A stretch of 63,997 nt of DNA, filler included, from Basidioascus undulatus (GCA_000826855.1; 8 parts of 8 records of this genome joined end to end with filler, not necessarily neighbours in it), one strand, 5' to 3'. Shown: positions 23,526 through 37,198, counted from the first letter of the whole stretch. Notes: a model not told the origin generated them from the letters alone. Made by a program: numbers and translations.

Positions 23526-26188
23526 CTAGCCCTTCCCCTTCTCCGATAACAGCGCGGGCGAGGACGTCGTGCGGGGCACGCCGCCTGAAGAGCCGGGCTT
23601 GTCCGATCGCGTCGGCGTGGAGGGCGACTCCTTCGTCGGCGATGGAGAAGCGGATGACTTGGACGCGTCGCCTGTCGGGGTTGGTGGTGATGCGGACGAG
23701 GACGAGGACGACGCCGAGGACGCGGCGAGTGCGCCCGCACCCGCGCCGAGCTTCAACCCAATCTTCTTCTTCACACCTCCTCCGCCGCCGCCGCTCCCAC
23801 TCGGACCCGGACCCGTGCCCGCACCGCCCGCTGTACCCTCTGGCGCTGCGCTGGGAGAAGACTTCTTTGCTTTGGGCTTCAGAAGCCCAAGCATCTCGTC
23901 CTCGTCCTCTTCCTCGCGCCGCCGCTTCTCGGAGAGCAGCGACGGCGGCGGGGGCACGTCTGACAGGGCGGGCGCGGGGGCGGCTTTGGTGGGCGAGGAG
24001 GATGCGGAGGTCGGCGAGGCCGCGGCGGCGGTGGGGGAGGAGGTAGAGGGTGCGGCGGCGGAGGTAGAAGGGGAGGTTGAGGGGCCAGGCTCGGTAGACG
24101 AGGAAGAGGAAGCGGTGGAGGAAGAAGGTGCGGCGGAGCTAGGCCCAGCAGCGACGCCCGCAGCGACGCCCGCAGCGACGCCCGGCGGCCGGTCCTCGTC
24201 GTCCTCGTCGTCATAGTCGACGAGGCTCGCGAGCGGGCCCGAGGACGACAGAGTCGCAAGCGAGCTACGCACCGTGCGCGCGCGCTTGCGCTTGTGGCCG
24301 GCGGTGAACGTCGGGCCGCTGCCTGACGCGGACGCCGGGCCAGAGCCAGACGCCGCCAGTGCGGGCGCGGGCTCGTCCTCGTCCGACTGGTTGAAGTAGT
24401 CGTCCTCCTCCGTATCCAGCCCGCGTCGAAGGGGGTTGTTCCAACCTCTGGATTTAACGACCAGGCGTCAGCGCAAGCTCTGGTGGGTTGTGGGCGTAGG
24501 GAGTCCCGCAACGCACCGTGCCGTCTCGGCCTCGGGTGCCGGGGGCGGTTCCCGGAGCTGCTCCAGTCTCCGTACGAGCTTGTCGAACGTCGGGCCGATG
24601 TTGGGGAGCGTCGCGAGCCGGCGGAAGCGCTCTTCGTGCTTGCCGACGAGCGTATTGATGAGTAGCTTGTTCTCGCTCGCCTAGTTCGATCGACGCCGAT
24701 GCTTAAGCAGTTACCCCTCTGCGACTTTAGAATGGGGAAAGAGGCGCAGCAGCGCACCTTGCGAATGGACTCGAAAAAATCGAGGCAGGACGAAGAGACG
24801 AGGTTGTCCTTCTTGGCCTCCTTCTCGGCGAGCTCCAAGACGGGGAGGTACAAGTTCGTGCGGTCCATATAGCGGACCATGAACTCGTTGTTCATCTGTA
24901 GACAAGCGCGGAAGTATCGCAGCGCGGCTGGTTGCTCCACCCAAACACAAATCAAGCAAGTCAGCTCCTCTCATCTCAATCCATCCCTTCTTTCGCAGTC
25001 GCAGGCGAAGAATGCGCGCACCGAGCCGGAGGTGTTTCTCGCGCACCCGCAGGAGCGCAGCGATCTTGAGCGAGATGGTGGACGAGAGGATGTAGTACTG
25101 GGAGCGGAAGTGGTGGTGGAGGACGAAGAAGGACAGGAGGTCCGAGAGGTAGAGTGCGAGCGTCGCCTGCTCCTTCGACAGGACCGGAGCTGCGCGCGAC
25201 GCGGCGCGTGAGTGAGCGCTTTCCTTCGGAAAGAAAGAGAGAGAGAGATCCCAGAAGCCAACAACGTACTCTTTGAAGTCTCGCCCGGCTTGGGCTCTTT
25301 CGGGTCCACAGGCGCGGGGAGGTCGAGGAGGGGCTTGAAGAGCGAGTTGACGCAGTTGTCATAGAAGTACGTGAGGAATGCCTCGGGCGTCGGGTCCGCC
25401 TTGGGCTTCATGATCGCCCACTGCGACGCAGCAGCGGCACGCTACAAAGTCAGCCTGGGCGAGGAGGGAGGGGAGACGGTCCAAAGCACACGATCGCTCA
25501 CCTCGTCGGCCTGCTGCACGGGCGGATCGAGCAAGAGCCGGATCGCCTCGGCCATCTGGCTCTTGAACCCGATGTCGCGCTCGCCGTCGAGGACGTCGCA
25601 CATCTCCTGGAGAAGCGTGCTACGCGGCGGCTTGATCTGCGGCAGTTGCGGCGCGGGGGGCAAGCTGGGCCCGATCTCCGGTTCCTCCTCGCCCTCCTTC
25701 CCCTTCCCTTTCTCTTTCTCCTTCTCCTCCTTCTCATTCTCCTCCTTCTCCTTGGCGGCCGCGAACGCGCGGATGGCCTCGGCCTCGCGGAGGACGAACA
25801 GGCGGACCGCGTTCGGCTCGTTGTCGACGACGACCATGATGACCTCTGCGCCTGCGTTGTGGAGGAGGGGCTCGGGGCGGGCGATCGCCCACTTGCAGAC
25901 GCGGAGGAGACCGCGCGTGATAAGCGCGCGGTAGAGCTGCTGCCTTGCGTTCACCTGCACGTTCTTGCCCATCGCGCACAGGTCGCGGAGGAAGAGGACG
26001 GCGTCGTGCCTGAGCGTGCTCGGGCTCGACGAGTGCGGGCGGTCGAGAGTCGGGTACGTGTCGGGCGGGGCGGTCGGGTTCACGGGCTGCTGCGGCTGCG
26101 GCTGCTCTGAGGCAGCGGCGGGCGGCTCGGCGGGCGCGGCGGGCGCGGCGGGCTCGTCGTCGTCCTTGTCGAAGATTCCGAAGAGCTC
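23526..26188 (-). CDS. PSY2: PP4 regulatory subunit 3 (Psy2/SMEK/PPP4R3), 5'-truncated at contig end
   Basis: DIGFKSQMAEAIRLLLDP, FLTYFYDNCVNSLFKPL, LSDLLSFFVLHHHFRSQYYILSS, AALRYFRACL..DNLVSSSCLDFFESIRK, SLVDYDDEDD and a low-complexity tail. Confidence 0.92.
24148..24183. repeat. 12-bp tandem repeat (GCAGCGACGCCC x3) inside the PSY2 tail, encoding (GVAA)3
   Basis: Directly visible in the sequence. Confidence 0.9.
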
Positions 26189-26288
26189 NNNNNNNNNNNN
26201 NNNNNNNNNNNNNNNNNNNNNNNNNNNNNNNNTTAATTAATTAANNNNNNNNNNNNNNNNNNNNNNNNNNNNNNNNNNNNNNNNNNNN
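26189..26288. other. Artificial contig linker
   Basis: N44-TTAATTAATTAA-N44, with stops in all six frames. Confidence 0.98.
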
Positions 26289-28447
26289 GCAGTCCGATGT
26301 GCCGAGTGTCGTACACATTGCCATGCACGCATTCAGGCAAAGCCTCGCCATACCACACTGCCGCACCCACATCGTTTGTGAGACAAGCAGCCGGATCTAC
26401 TTCCCATATGCATTAAATGTATTTCCATCGGTCTCGAATCTATACATGCGGGCGGTCGTTCCGCTCGCACGCGGTGCGTTCTTTGGAGCGCGCGTCGGCG
26501 CGGGTACACAGCCACGGACTCTGCTCGGACCAGCTCCTTAGTTCGTGTCGGTGTGGCTCACCAGCCGTCCTGAGACTATAATTATATTACAATACCCAAC
26601 AGAGCGTACCGACAGGCTGGGCAGCCCATCGATTCCCGACGTGGAGAGCAACACAAGCAGGCAGTCGCAGTGCCTAATGTGGTTGTATGAGGCCGTTGAT
26701 AACTTCAGCGAATAAGGCGTTGATAATGCACAGGAGTTTGGTCGAAAGAGTTTCACTGAGATAGCACAGAACTTGGATGTACTGTTACAGGCGGTGAGAT
26801 CTGAGATCGCCCGGTCCGCCACTAACCAAACCATTCGTGCTCTACCAGCGAGCTGTGGGAGCAGGTGCCCTAGAATCCCGCCCTAGGTTTTCTTCTAGAG
26901 AAAAGGGTAGGGTAATACAGACCCGCAGGACTCGCCCTCAGCAAGCACCCTTGCGACGGATCGTGCTGCGAAGCTGTACCGATGACAATTGTTTGCTTTC
27001 GCTGCCCCGCTGGGATTGGCGGGATGCGAAGATCCCTCGGCAGATTAGTAGGGAACGTTATTGACCAAGCACGCTGTCTACGACACTGTACTCCACGTAA
27101 GCAGTAAGAGCTGGGTCAGTCCTCGGGGCAGGAGCTCCTGCTTCGAGCTCAAGCCTGCAGGTGCCCACCGCCCACGCCATCATCAACCACCGCTTTGAGG
27201 GGGAATCGTACGGATCTACCTTTCCACCCTAGGCCTTCAGAGGTCCAGAAACCCCTTATGCAGTATTAGAAGTACTCGAACAGCATAGGGGTTGGGGCCT
27301 CCCTCTATGGAAGCCCCGACACCGGGGCGCACCCGAGGCGTTTCAGGCCTCGCGGCCGCGTCCGCAGACACGCTTTCGTCTATCGTTCTCGTGCACCCTC
27401 TCGATCCACGAGAAAATTACAATGGGTATATTGGGGAAGAGCTGGACCTCTGGACAACAGACGACTATCTCCCATCCACGCTCTTCCTCCCTCGACGACG
27501 TACCCTCACCTTCTCGGGGTCGTCTTCGCCCAGCCCGGTCTTCATCCAGCCCGGGCTGGGCGTGCGCGTTCCTCGCAAGCCACCCGTCGCTCAAGTTATT
27601 TAAACCCAGGCGCTACAAACCACGATTGGAACCCAATACCATACCCATACCTATAGCGTTGGAGCCGCTCATCGCCTCGAACTCCCTTCCTGCACCGTCC
27701 TCTTCGATCACACATCTCTGTCTCCCGATCCTGCCCGCACCTTCCGAGCGGCTGTTCAGCTCCGTTCGGAAGTCGCACGCCGACGCCCTTTCCTTTGGCT
27801 TTACGAGGACCTAACGGACGAGCAGTGCGCGCTCAAGATCCGCGAGTGGGTGCGCGCGCACGCGGGCACGTTCCACACTGCCGCGGAGCGCATCGCTGCT
27901 GCGCGGCTGCGTCGCTCGAGCGGCTCAAGTGGGAGCCTGGGAGCTTGTTGGCGGGTTGGTGGGACGCTCTGTGCTTGAGGAATGGGACGTGGGGTGTGAG
28001 TTGGGTGATGCAGGATGGGTTTGTTGGGCGGGGCAACATCGTGGAGATTTGAGATGCAATGGCTTGGCTTGGAAGACTGTTCCTACCCAAATCGGCTGTG
28101 CATGTTCGGGAAACTAGGTGGGATCCAGAGTTGACAAAACTACAGGGGGGAGATAGGAGAGCCTCGGCTTCTATTCTCGAAGGCTCCAGACAACTGTCAA
28201 CAGGGCTGCAAGATGGAAGGTGAAACACGGGTCTGTTGCCCATGGCATGTTGTGAAATTTCACATATGCCATTAGTTTTTTGAATCGAGAACTTGAAGTA
28301 TGTCTGCCGGTTAGCCTCCTCCAAGCTTAAGCCATCCTGGTTCCATAACGTGCCATCCATCATCTTGTATCGAGCGACTTAATATACGCATCGCTCCGGG
28401 CACCTCCGTAAGTCTCAAAAGAGTGCACCAAGACCTGGACCGACCTC

Positions 28448-29190
28448 TCACGGAGTGCGTTGTAAGTGGCTCGCAATTGGCTCTGCATAAGGGGAGACTT
28501 CAAGTTGACAATGATCAGTCGTAGGCGCTGCAATGATACGGGGAACCGCGCTTGACCAAGAGAGCATTGAATGAAGGATACTTGGGTTAACGCAAGATGG
28601 GTGAGCAGGCTGAACCTGCTGATTGCAGTAGCATAATCGGGAGTGACGGCCTTGGTCGATTATGCAGAGTTTCCGCATCCTCGAAGGCCTGGAAGGAATA
28701 ATCTTTAGAAAACTCATCCAGTCGAATTCTTGTTCCCGCTCCACGATCGGACCAAATAACCCAAATTCCTCGAGCTCGTGCTGGAAAGCACTAAACGCAG
28801 CTTGGAAGGTCGTCCGAGTCGCTCGAAAGTTGTCGTAGTCCACGATAAGACGATTTAGGCGAGGCTCGGTGAGTTGGAACACTTCCACCAAGGACTGCAC
28901 GCCCCGTGAAGGGTACTCACTTAGTCTGAAAGCGATCACACAGCATGAGGAAGTCGACGAAGCTCAGACGCTTCCAAAATGCAAAGAACGAGAGATCGGC
29001 AAAGTTTCGAATGAGGATGGTGCGAAACAAATGCGGGATTGTCACCGCTCTGACATCATGGGAGAGCATGTCCGTAAGCGAGCGGGTGCGAGGGCTCTGC
29101 CAAGTAGGCGATGATACACGCGACAACGTCGACAGGCAAAGAAATAGGCATTGTGAATGGTGGTCTGAGTGCGAGTGACTGGGCGCTCGG
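28448..29190 (-). CDS. Hypothetical F-box/RNI-like protein, possibly degraded
   Basis: LSTLSRVS..VRAVTIPHLFRTILIRNF resembles the post-F-box segment of fungal F-box proteins. The downstream ORF is in a different frame and the structure is unresolved. Confidence 0.3.
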
Positions 29191-29505
29191 TCAAGGCAAT
29201 GAGCTGGCGGGCTGGTGATTGTTTGAGGGTAAGAGACCCGCGGCCCGGGCCCGACGCCGGTAGAGGAGCGACCCGCGGACGTCAGCACTGTAACAGGGTC
29301 ATTCCGGCCGGCAAGACAGTAGAGATCCAGAACATGCATCGAAAGCGGCAGTCGACAGGGAACGTTCAAGAGTTTGCGGAGATGATTAGAGAGGACGCGC
29401 TTGACATTGGTCGCCCCGGTGCAGCAGCAACAGTGCACATTGACAGTTTCTGGCGCATTGCACGTTCATCCTTGGGAAGAAACACATCACTACTGGAGAG
29501 CACTC

Positions 29506-30540
29506 TCATTCACAGTACGGTCTCGCGACGGCATCAAGGAAGCGTGCGTGAAACAGCAGAAAGTACGTAACACAGCAGCGATAAGGATAGTACAACAGTC
29601 TCGAAACAAACATCCAAGATTCAACCGAGAGTCCTTCACAAAAAGATGTGCCCGTGAACATATTCCAACAAAGATGAACCAGACAACAACTCCGAGAGAA
29701 CAGAAAACAGCTAATGCAGGGAGACCTTCTGGCGGAGGCCCCAGCGGAGGGAGAGGGCGAGTGCGAGAGGAAGCGGAGGAGCTTGCGCGGCGACGAGGGC
29801 GTGGTGGAAGGGAGGGGAAGGTCGAGCGTCGAGTCGGAGAAGCACGGGGGCGGGTGGTCGTACCAGTTCTTGCCCTTGAGGTGGGCGGGGAAGCGCGTGC
29901 AAATGATGGAGAAGGGGTCGATGTCCGCGTAGGGGTCGACGTCTGGCGTGTCCTCGGACTCGGACTCGACGGCCGACGGGCAGGAGTCGGAGCTGGAGAT
30001 GGACGCCGAGTCGTCGGAAGAGAGGGAGGGGAGGTCGTCCGCGTCGGCCTCCTCGTCGGGAAGCGCGAACCGGACGCACTTCACGAGGGTGGAGCGGCGG
30101 GAGCGGTCGCGGGCGAGGATGGAAGCGGGGTTGGCGGAAGAGAGGTACGAGAGGTCGCTCGCCTCGCCGCACTCCGCGTCGTCAAACGCGACGCGCTTTG
30201 AAGCGGCGGAGCGGTAGCAGCGGTTGTGGGAGGGGTAGGGACTGAGCGGAGAAGTCCTCAGAGGCGTTGCTGCAGGAGTCGAAGTCGTGGGTGGTGGGGA
30301 TGGGGCACTGCAAGGCGAGGAGTGAAGCCCGAGTCAGTCCAAAGTTGGGCGAAGAAAGGAGATGAGTGTAGAGCGAGACGCACCGACTCCGAGCTGCAGC
30401 GAAGGAAAGCCTCAACCGCAAAGTGAGGCTGCGTGGTAGGGACCTCGCTGCTCGGAAGACAGATAGGGGCGCGGGCGGAGGCGTGCGGCGAAGTGGTGTC
30501 GACAGAGCGAGTGCGGGAAAGTGAAAGTGAAGGAAGGCAT
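29506..30540 (-). CDS. Intrinsically disordered hypothetical protein with RVxF- and SILK-like motifs (candidate PP1 regulator)
   Basis: Intron GTGCGT..TTGCAG near 30308-30383. Exon 2 reads APSPPP..SKRVAFDD..ASILARDR..LVKCVRFALPDEE. ATG 30540 joins this frame only if one C is missing in a TTTCCC run. Confidence 0.5.
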
Positions 30541-31449
30541 CGTTCTGACGGCAGGGCGGACGATTGGGTGAGGGTGGGTGAAGGCGTGTGCAGGTAAGTG
30601 AGAGGGCGGGACGTTTCGATTTGAACAGTGCGAGAGCGAAGTGTGAGAGGGAAGAGGAGAGAAAGAGGAAGAGCCAGGGAGGCCCGCCTTTATCTCTCTC
30701 TCTCTCGCTCCATCTTTCCGCCAAGCCTTCTACGTGCGTTCCTCAAGGCACAGCTTGGGGTCCCAGTGCTCCGAGGCATGCGATAGCGGGAGGTCGCGCG
30801 GCAGAGGGCGAGCGAGGGTCAGTCGAGGAAGGCTCCTAGGACTGACTGGAGCCCGCGCGCTTCGGAGAGCGGAAGCTGATGGCCGAGCTGGTCAGTCCGC
30901 TCTGAGAACAGCGAGAAATCAACGTATGAACGACGTTCGAGCGAGCAGGAGAGCGTCAAAAAATACCTCGAGCAGGCAGCGATTTTGCGAGGAAGGGCGG
31001 AGGGCGCGCGTGGGAGAAATGGACGTTGTTTGAGTGGAGAGAGAAGGCGGCAGGGATAGGGGGTCAAGGGGGCGGGGCCTTCTGAGGCCTCGTTCTGAGG
31101 CCTCGTGTGCCAGGCCCCCCGCGCCTTCCCCCTTGTCCCTGCACGCTATCCGCGCTTGTCTCGGTCATTAGATCACACGTGCTCGAGACTCGGGCATGCC
31201 GGCGCTCACGGCGACAGTATAGTCGAGTAAGCGATGGAGTCAAGTTAGAGACCGCGTACGGTGGCGGGTGGCGGTAGCGAATGGAGCGGGTCAGCACAAG
31301 TATCGAAAAGCAGCGGTGGGAAGCGCTGATGAGCGGCCATGGTGACCTATTGAAATCAAAGTTGGTAACGCTTCGTTCGTGAGAAGGTAGCGAATCCTTC
31401 GAGTCCGGTGAGCGCCAAGCGACCAGCCGTCGATGCGCTACCGAACCAA

Positions 31450-31658
31450 TCACGATTCCCCCTCCTCCCCGCTCTTCTTCCCCTCCCGCTTCGTCTTAGC
31501 CTTCTTCTTCTCCTTCCACTCGCCCACCCGCGCCTTCTTCTCCGCCCGCTGAACCTCGCGCGCAGCCTTCGCGCGCTTGACGTCTGCGGGCGCGGACGTC
31601 TTGAGCTGCTTGATGTGCGTTGGGATGAGCGTCGGCTCGGGGAGAGAGTCGAGCCATG
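31450..31658 (-). CDS. Last exon of a truncated gene, possibly RNase P/MRP subunit Pop3/Rpp38-like
   Basis: After a CAG acceptor: WLDSLPEPTLIPTHIKQLKTSAPADVKRAK followed by a basic tail. The family call is from recall and the stop position is unclear. Confidence 0.4.
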
Positions 31659-31693
31659 CTGCGCGGAAGGGGCGGAGATGGGGGGCGAGGAGG

Positions 31694-31793
31694 NNNNNNN
31701 NNNNNNNNNNNNNNNNNNNNNNNNNNNNNNNNNNNNNTTAATTAATTAANNNNNNNNNNNNNNNNNNNNNNNNNNNNNNNNNNNNNNNNNNNN
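31694..31793. other. Artificial contig linker
   Basis: N44-TTAATTAATTAA-N44. Confidence 0.98.
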
Positions 31794-33097
31794 GGGGGGG
31801 GGGGGGCGAGGGGGACTTATGTCTCGACGAGGCCGTTTGGGAGGAACAGAGGGCGAGCGCGAGCAATCGACCAGGTTCGAGGGTGTTTACCGAAGTCTGC
31901 CAAGCGCTCAGAGCGCTGCGCAGGGACGGCACCCGCTCTGGACGCGTACCGTGCGGACGCTCCCTCCAATCAGAATTTTGAGAGCATCTGAAAGCGAGCA
32001 GGTCAGGGGGCCGACCACCCCGAAGCCTGAGCGAGGGCGGGTCGAGACTGCACAGCGCGTTTCAGATGACCCCCTCCTGAATATCCCTGTTGTACACCCG
32101 AAAAGGCCAAGGTACGTCCACATCGAAGGTAAACTTGGTTGAGTCATCATAGTCTGTTACCATTGTAGTCTGTACAACATATTAGCTTTCGGGACCACGG
32201 CGCAGCCCCGTTTCAAGCGATCGCTCCAACACAGTACTCCTCTGAGGGATGCTTTATGCGGCGGAGTGCCTTTGGTGCTTGAATTTCAAAAGGGAAATAA
32301 GAAGATACCCCAACTTACCCAACATTCAACAGCGGTCGAGCCGTGCATTCTATCCTGTCGAGGAAACGACACTACATCGAGGCCCTGGTCATCCAGCCAC
32401 ACACAGAATAAAACTGTTTCGAATGGTGATCTTTGCACACACTGGATATATGAAAAAGGGAACAAGTCATATACAATTCGTCTGTCTAACCCACTCGTAA
32501 AATCTCGTTCCAGCCTCAGAGTCCTCCCCGTCCTACCTCGTCCAGCTCGCATGCAGCGGTGAGGCCTTGTGGGTGTTTTCTGACCCGGACGAGTGCGTCT
32601 TGTATCTTAGCGAACTGCAGCTGCGCGCGGTTAGCAGCCCAAGGTCAAGGAGGAAAGGTACTTGGCGTCAGCTCCGAGCAAGTATCCGACAGCCTTGATA
32701 AGGTCGAGTAAGACGGTCCATATAAACATGAAAATCCAGAGGATGAGAGGCCGCATTGGAGTGGGCGCAAATTGCAGTATGTGACGAAGCCACCCAGGCG
32801 TGCACGCAACCTTTGCATCCGACTGAACTCCCAAGTCCAAAGTAACTCGAAGACACTTAGAACTTCCTAGATACCACAAACTCGCTCCCTCTTATGAACA
32901 TACTTGAAGAAGGCAGGCAGTGCCAGTTTGCTCAAGTGGGTGCGCACTTGCACTCGCCGTCCACTCTTCCAGCAAACGGCATCCAGCACGCAGCAAGTAA
33001 AGTAATACAACACCCACCCCCGCGCTCGGGGCAACCACTTCTTCCTCATCCCTCCTCGCAAAGAAAAAGCACGCAGTCGAAACCGTCCACCCGACCG

Positions 33098-36000
33098 TCA
33101 GCGCCCCGAGCCCCGCGCCGCCGGTGAATACGCATGCGGATGAAGCCCCCCTCCGACGCTGGAGCCCTCGAGCCCATGGAGAGCGAGGCGCACGGGCTCG
33201 CGAACGTTGTACGACGGGTCGTCCCGCAGCTGGTGCAGCGGGCGCTCGTACCCGAACTGTCGCACTTTGGCTAGTGTCTCGGCGTGGGCGCCTGGAACGC
33301 AAGAACTGTGTGAGAATAACAGCGGCAAAGTGGGGGAGGAAGAAGGGGTTTGGGAAAGAGGAAGGAGGGAAAGGGAGGGGAGGAAGGGGAGACGCACGTC
33401 GGTGATGCCCCTCCGGCGGAGGCTCAATCAGATTTTTAAGCGTCCACGCCGCCGCGGACCTAATCGACTCGTCCGAGTGGTTCTTCTCCACCCTTTCCCA
33501 TCAGTACCCCTCTCTCCTCCCTCCCACCTCCTCCCCAAACTCACCAGCAGTCCCCGCACCCCCGTACCGAGCCCCTGGCGCTCCAGAATAGCCCGCTTGT
33601 GCGCTGTGCTCCCCGTAGCGATGTTGTTCAAGACGCCCACGGCCTGGAGGACGAGCGCCGGCTCGGGCACCGCGAGACGGTGCTCGAGCAGCTCGAGGAG
33701 GCGAGAATGGCCGAGCGAGTGGAAGAGATGGTCGACATCCGCGACGCGCGCCGCAACGTTTTTGAGGAGCCACAGGGACTGCTCGGCGATTTCGGGAAGG
33801 GGGGAGGAGAGGAGGCTGCGAGCGAGGGGAGCCAAGATGAGCGAGAGTGCGAGGAAGTGAAGGTGGACCGAGGGAAGGCGGAGATGTAAGCGGGGAAGGG
33901 GTAAAGGGAGGGGGGAAGGGAGGGAAGACGCACGAGTACAGGTGCTCCCAGCCCAGAATGGACAGGACCGAGCGCTTGAGGTCCGAAGGCGCCTTGTAGA
34001 GCATGTTCTTGAGCGCAAAGAGCGCGTTGACGCGCAGGCCGACGTTCTCGGACCGAGTCAGGTCGACCAGGACTTGCACGCTCCCGTCTCTCAACAACGC
34101 CTACATGACCCCGTCCTCTCAGTTTCAACTTTCTCGTTCTGGTCCTCCGGGGAGACGGCGGGGACAGAGAAGGGGAGCGGCAGGGAAGCAAGGCAGGGAC
34201 GGAGAGGAGGAAGAGGACTGCGACGCACCTCCTGCAGCGGCGAAAACGCATTAACCAAATTGCACAGCGCCATAAGCGCCACAACGCGAACCCGGGCATC
34301 CTCCGCCTCGTCGCCCGCGACCTCAACCATTGTCTTCCCTACGCCCGAATCGACGAGGCTCGTGCGGAGGATGCCCACACTCCGGGAGAGCGCGCGCACG
34401 CACTGCGCGGCGGAGGCGCGGACGCCGATGGCGCTGTGTCTGAGGGAGGCGAGGATGGGCGGGAGGAGGTGCGACTCTATTAGGGTGGAGCGGACGGGGT
34501 CGTCGTGCATCGCGAGGGAGGAGAGGAGGAGGAGGACACCCTGGGCCGCCGCACAGTTGAGCGAGAGCTTGTGAGAAGCTGGGAAGACAGGGGACGCACC
34601 TCGCGTAGGCGCACGGACTCTTCGGAGTTCAGCGACCCGCTCACACTGTACTCGTCCTCCTCCTCCCTCGTCGAATCCTCCAGCAGTGCGCGGAGCTTGT
34701 CCACGACGCCAAGCTTGCACGCAGCCTGGACGAGGTCCACCGCGTCCGCGACGAGCGTGGCTTTTCCCAACGTCCCAACACCATCCCGTCAACCTCTGCA
34801 TCAAACTCGACCATCAGACGGAGGCAAACCCACCGAGCGCAAACACCGCCCTCGTGCGCAGCTCGCCCACCTCATCGAACAGGCGCACGAGCGCCCCGAC
34901 GAGCGCGAGGGCCGTCTCGTGTGTCAGGGGCGCGGGGAGGACGGCTTTGGGTGGGGAGGCGGAGAGAGGGCGGAGAGGCTGGGACTTGATTATGTTGGCG
35001 AGGCTGTCATGGGATGGACTTGTAAGCGTGTGCACAAGGGAGGGGGAAGGGAAAGTGCGGGTGGGAGGGCGAACGCACAGGATGCAAGCACCGAGGCGTA
35101 TCAGCGCGGAGCGGTCGGAGAGAAGATCGCGCACTGTATTGAAGACGGGGACTCTGCCAGGGGCTGGGGCCCAGAAAAGCTCGCGAGTGAGTGGACGGTG
35201 TGTGTAGATGGAGCTAGAAGGAAGGACACGCACCGTGTGGCCGTAACAGCCGGCTCGACGCCTGCCGATCGTCCTTGACGAGCGCCGCAAGAGTTTCGAG
35301 CGCGGCTTCCCTAGCCTTTCCGCCCCAAGGATTTCAACTCATCATCAGCCCGAGCCCCACCGCGCCGACCGCAGCCGCAGCTGAGCCCGCACCTTGCTCT
35401 GCGCGCTGCCCAGCGCGTGGAAGACGCTTTCCAGCGCGTTGGGGACGGCGAGGACGGCGGCTTGATGTCGTCGTGCGCGGACGGAGAGCGCGAGGAGGGT
35501 GAGGACGAGTGTTCGAGCGGTGGGGGTTGACTCTGACGCGCTGGGGACGAGCAGCGGCTCGAGCACGAGGGGGAGGTGGTCGAGCTGCGATTCTTCTCCA
35601 ACCTTCAGTCCCCATCAAACAAACACACACAACCCAACCCCACACGCACGCACCGAAAACACCTCGTCCAGTCCCTGTTCCGCCAAATCCCTCAGCGCGT
35701 CTGTCGCCGCCTCCCCAGGCCGGACAGGCTCGAACCCCGTCCCCCACACGCGCGGGCCCACAACGTCCACCATCGCCACGCACAGCTCCTTCAGCGCGCG
35801 GAGGACCGCCTCGAGCGCCCGCGCGTCCACGCGGGAGGCGGGGAGCGCGGACAGGAGCGCCCGGGGCAGGGCGGGGAGGAGATGGCGCAGGTGGGGACCG
35901 GCATCTGTGAGAGGGCGGAGGGGGTGAGATGGGGCAGAAGGGAGCTAGCGGGGACGAGGTACTGTAAGAGAGGGAGCCAAGGATGATGGATGATTGGGTT

Positions 36001-36274
36001 AGGGCGTTGAGGGTCAAGGGGGTCGGGGTGGGGGGCGGGGAGAGGAGGTCGATCAGCCTGTGGGGGCGCACGAGATACAACCACGCCAGTATCCAGTTCC
36101 GCTTTCTCAGTTCTCTGGGTCTTAACTGTAAGTGTACAGGGCCACGCACCGTGCCACAGTCTCCGCATCCTCCAACACCTCCCGCTTCCTCGCGGGATCG
36201 CCAATGACGCTATGCTTGAGCGCGCGCAGGGCTTCCACGTCCACCACGTCCAGCGACGGGACGTCGAGCGCCAT
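33098..36274 (-). CDS. ARMC8: Armadillo-repeat GID/CTLH complex subunit ARMC8/Vid28 (Gid5)
   Basis: N-terminal LRALKHSVIGDPARK, GVRASAAQCVRALSRSVGILRTSLVDSG, ALCNLVNAFSPLQE, LRVNALFALKNMLY, EQSLWLLKNV and VLNNIATG. Confidence 0.88.
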
Positions 36275-36498
36275 GATACTCGACCACCTCAATAACTCAG
36301 CCGTCACGAAGTCAGTCAAATCCGAAAGCAAAGTGCAGTAACAGATAGCGCAAAGACGCGAGTGGAGTGTCGATGGACGGAGGCAACCCGCAAGCTGCAT
36401 CCGGGCCGAGCGAGCGGGCGAGCGCGTCTTCTCTCTTCTCCTTCCTCCTCCTCCCAGCCCAGATCTTGCTTCTCTCGCTTCGCTGACTTTCGATCGAA

Positions 36499-37198
36499 AT
36501 GCTCATACCACTAATATCGCGCTGCTCACTGACCATCGCGTCTCGGGCGGCTCCTTTCGCGCTCCCCTCGAATGTGCGCGCGTACGCTCCGGCCCCGCCA
36601 AGGGTGTACGATAACGTGTTCGATTTGGTGCTTCTTCGATCCTTGCCTGCTGCCGATCCGACTGGGAGGAGGTGCTGATTGATTGCGTGTGATCGGAGAA
36701 ACAGCACGGCCCCGCCGCCGCCTTCGTCTCCAACTCGCATGACCCGTGGTTCAACCTCGCATTCGAGGACTGGTCCGTCGTCTTACTTCCACCTTTCTCC
36801 CTACCCTCTTCTTTCTTTCCTTTCTCCTCACATCCATCGTTTGCGCAGGCTCTTCCGAAATACCCCACCCGAGCAGCTTATCCTCTTCCTCTACCGCAAC
36901 CGGCCCAGCGTGATCATTGGTCGGAACCAAGTGCGTCTTTTTGCCTTCCCACCTCTCCGCCCTCTCCCTCTCCTTCTCCTTCCATCTATCTCTTCTTTTT
37001 CTCTTCTGTCTATGAACTCCCGTTGACACCCTCCGTAGAATCCCTGGAAAGAAATCAACTTTCCCGCCCTCACCTCCCTCAATATCCCCTTCGTCCGCCG
37101 ACGCAGCGGGGGCGGAACGGTGTACCATGTCCGTCCTTCCCTTCCTCCCTCTCCCCTTCACCATCCCTCCCCCATCCCATCCCGTCTCCCCCCTCCCT
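36499..37198 (+). CDS. Mitochondrial lipoate-protein ligase/lipoyltransferase (LplA/Lip3-like), 3'-truncated
   Basis: Presequence-like N-terminus, then SHDPWFNLAFEDW|LFR..LFLYRNRPSVIIGRNQ|NPWKEIN..VRRRSGGGTVYH. Divergent from ARMC8 across 224 bp. Confidence 0.92.

Noticed and set aside
26289..28000. Short coding-like stretches (GEELDLWTTDD; YEDLTDEQCALKIREW)
   Set aside because: They could not be joined into a supported gene model or assigned to a family.
33098..37198. ARMC8 and lipoate ligase head-to-head as a functional module
   Set aside because: No known pathway link, and short divergent pairs recur throughout the window.
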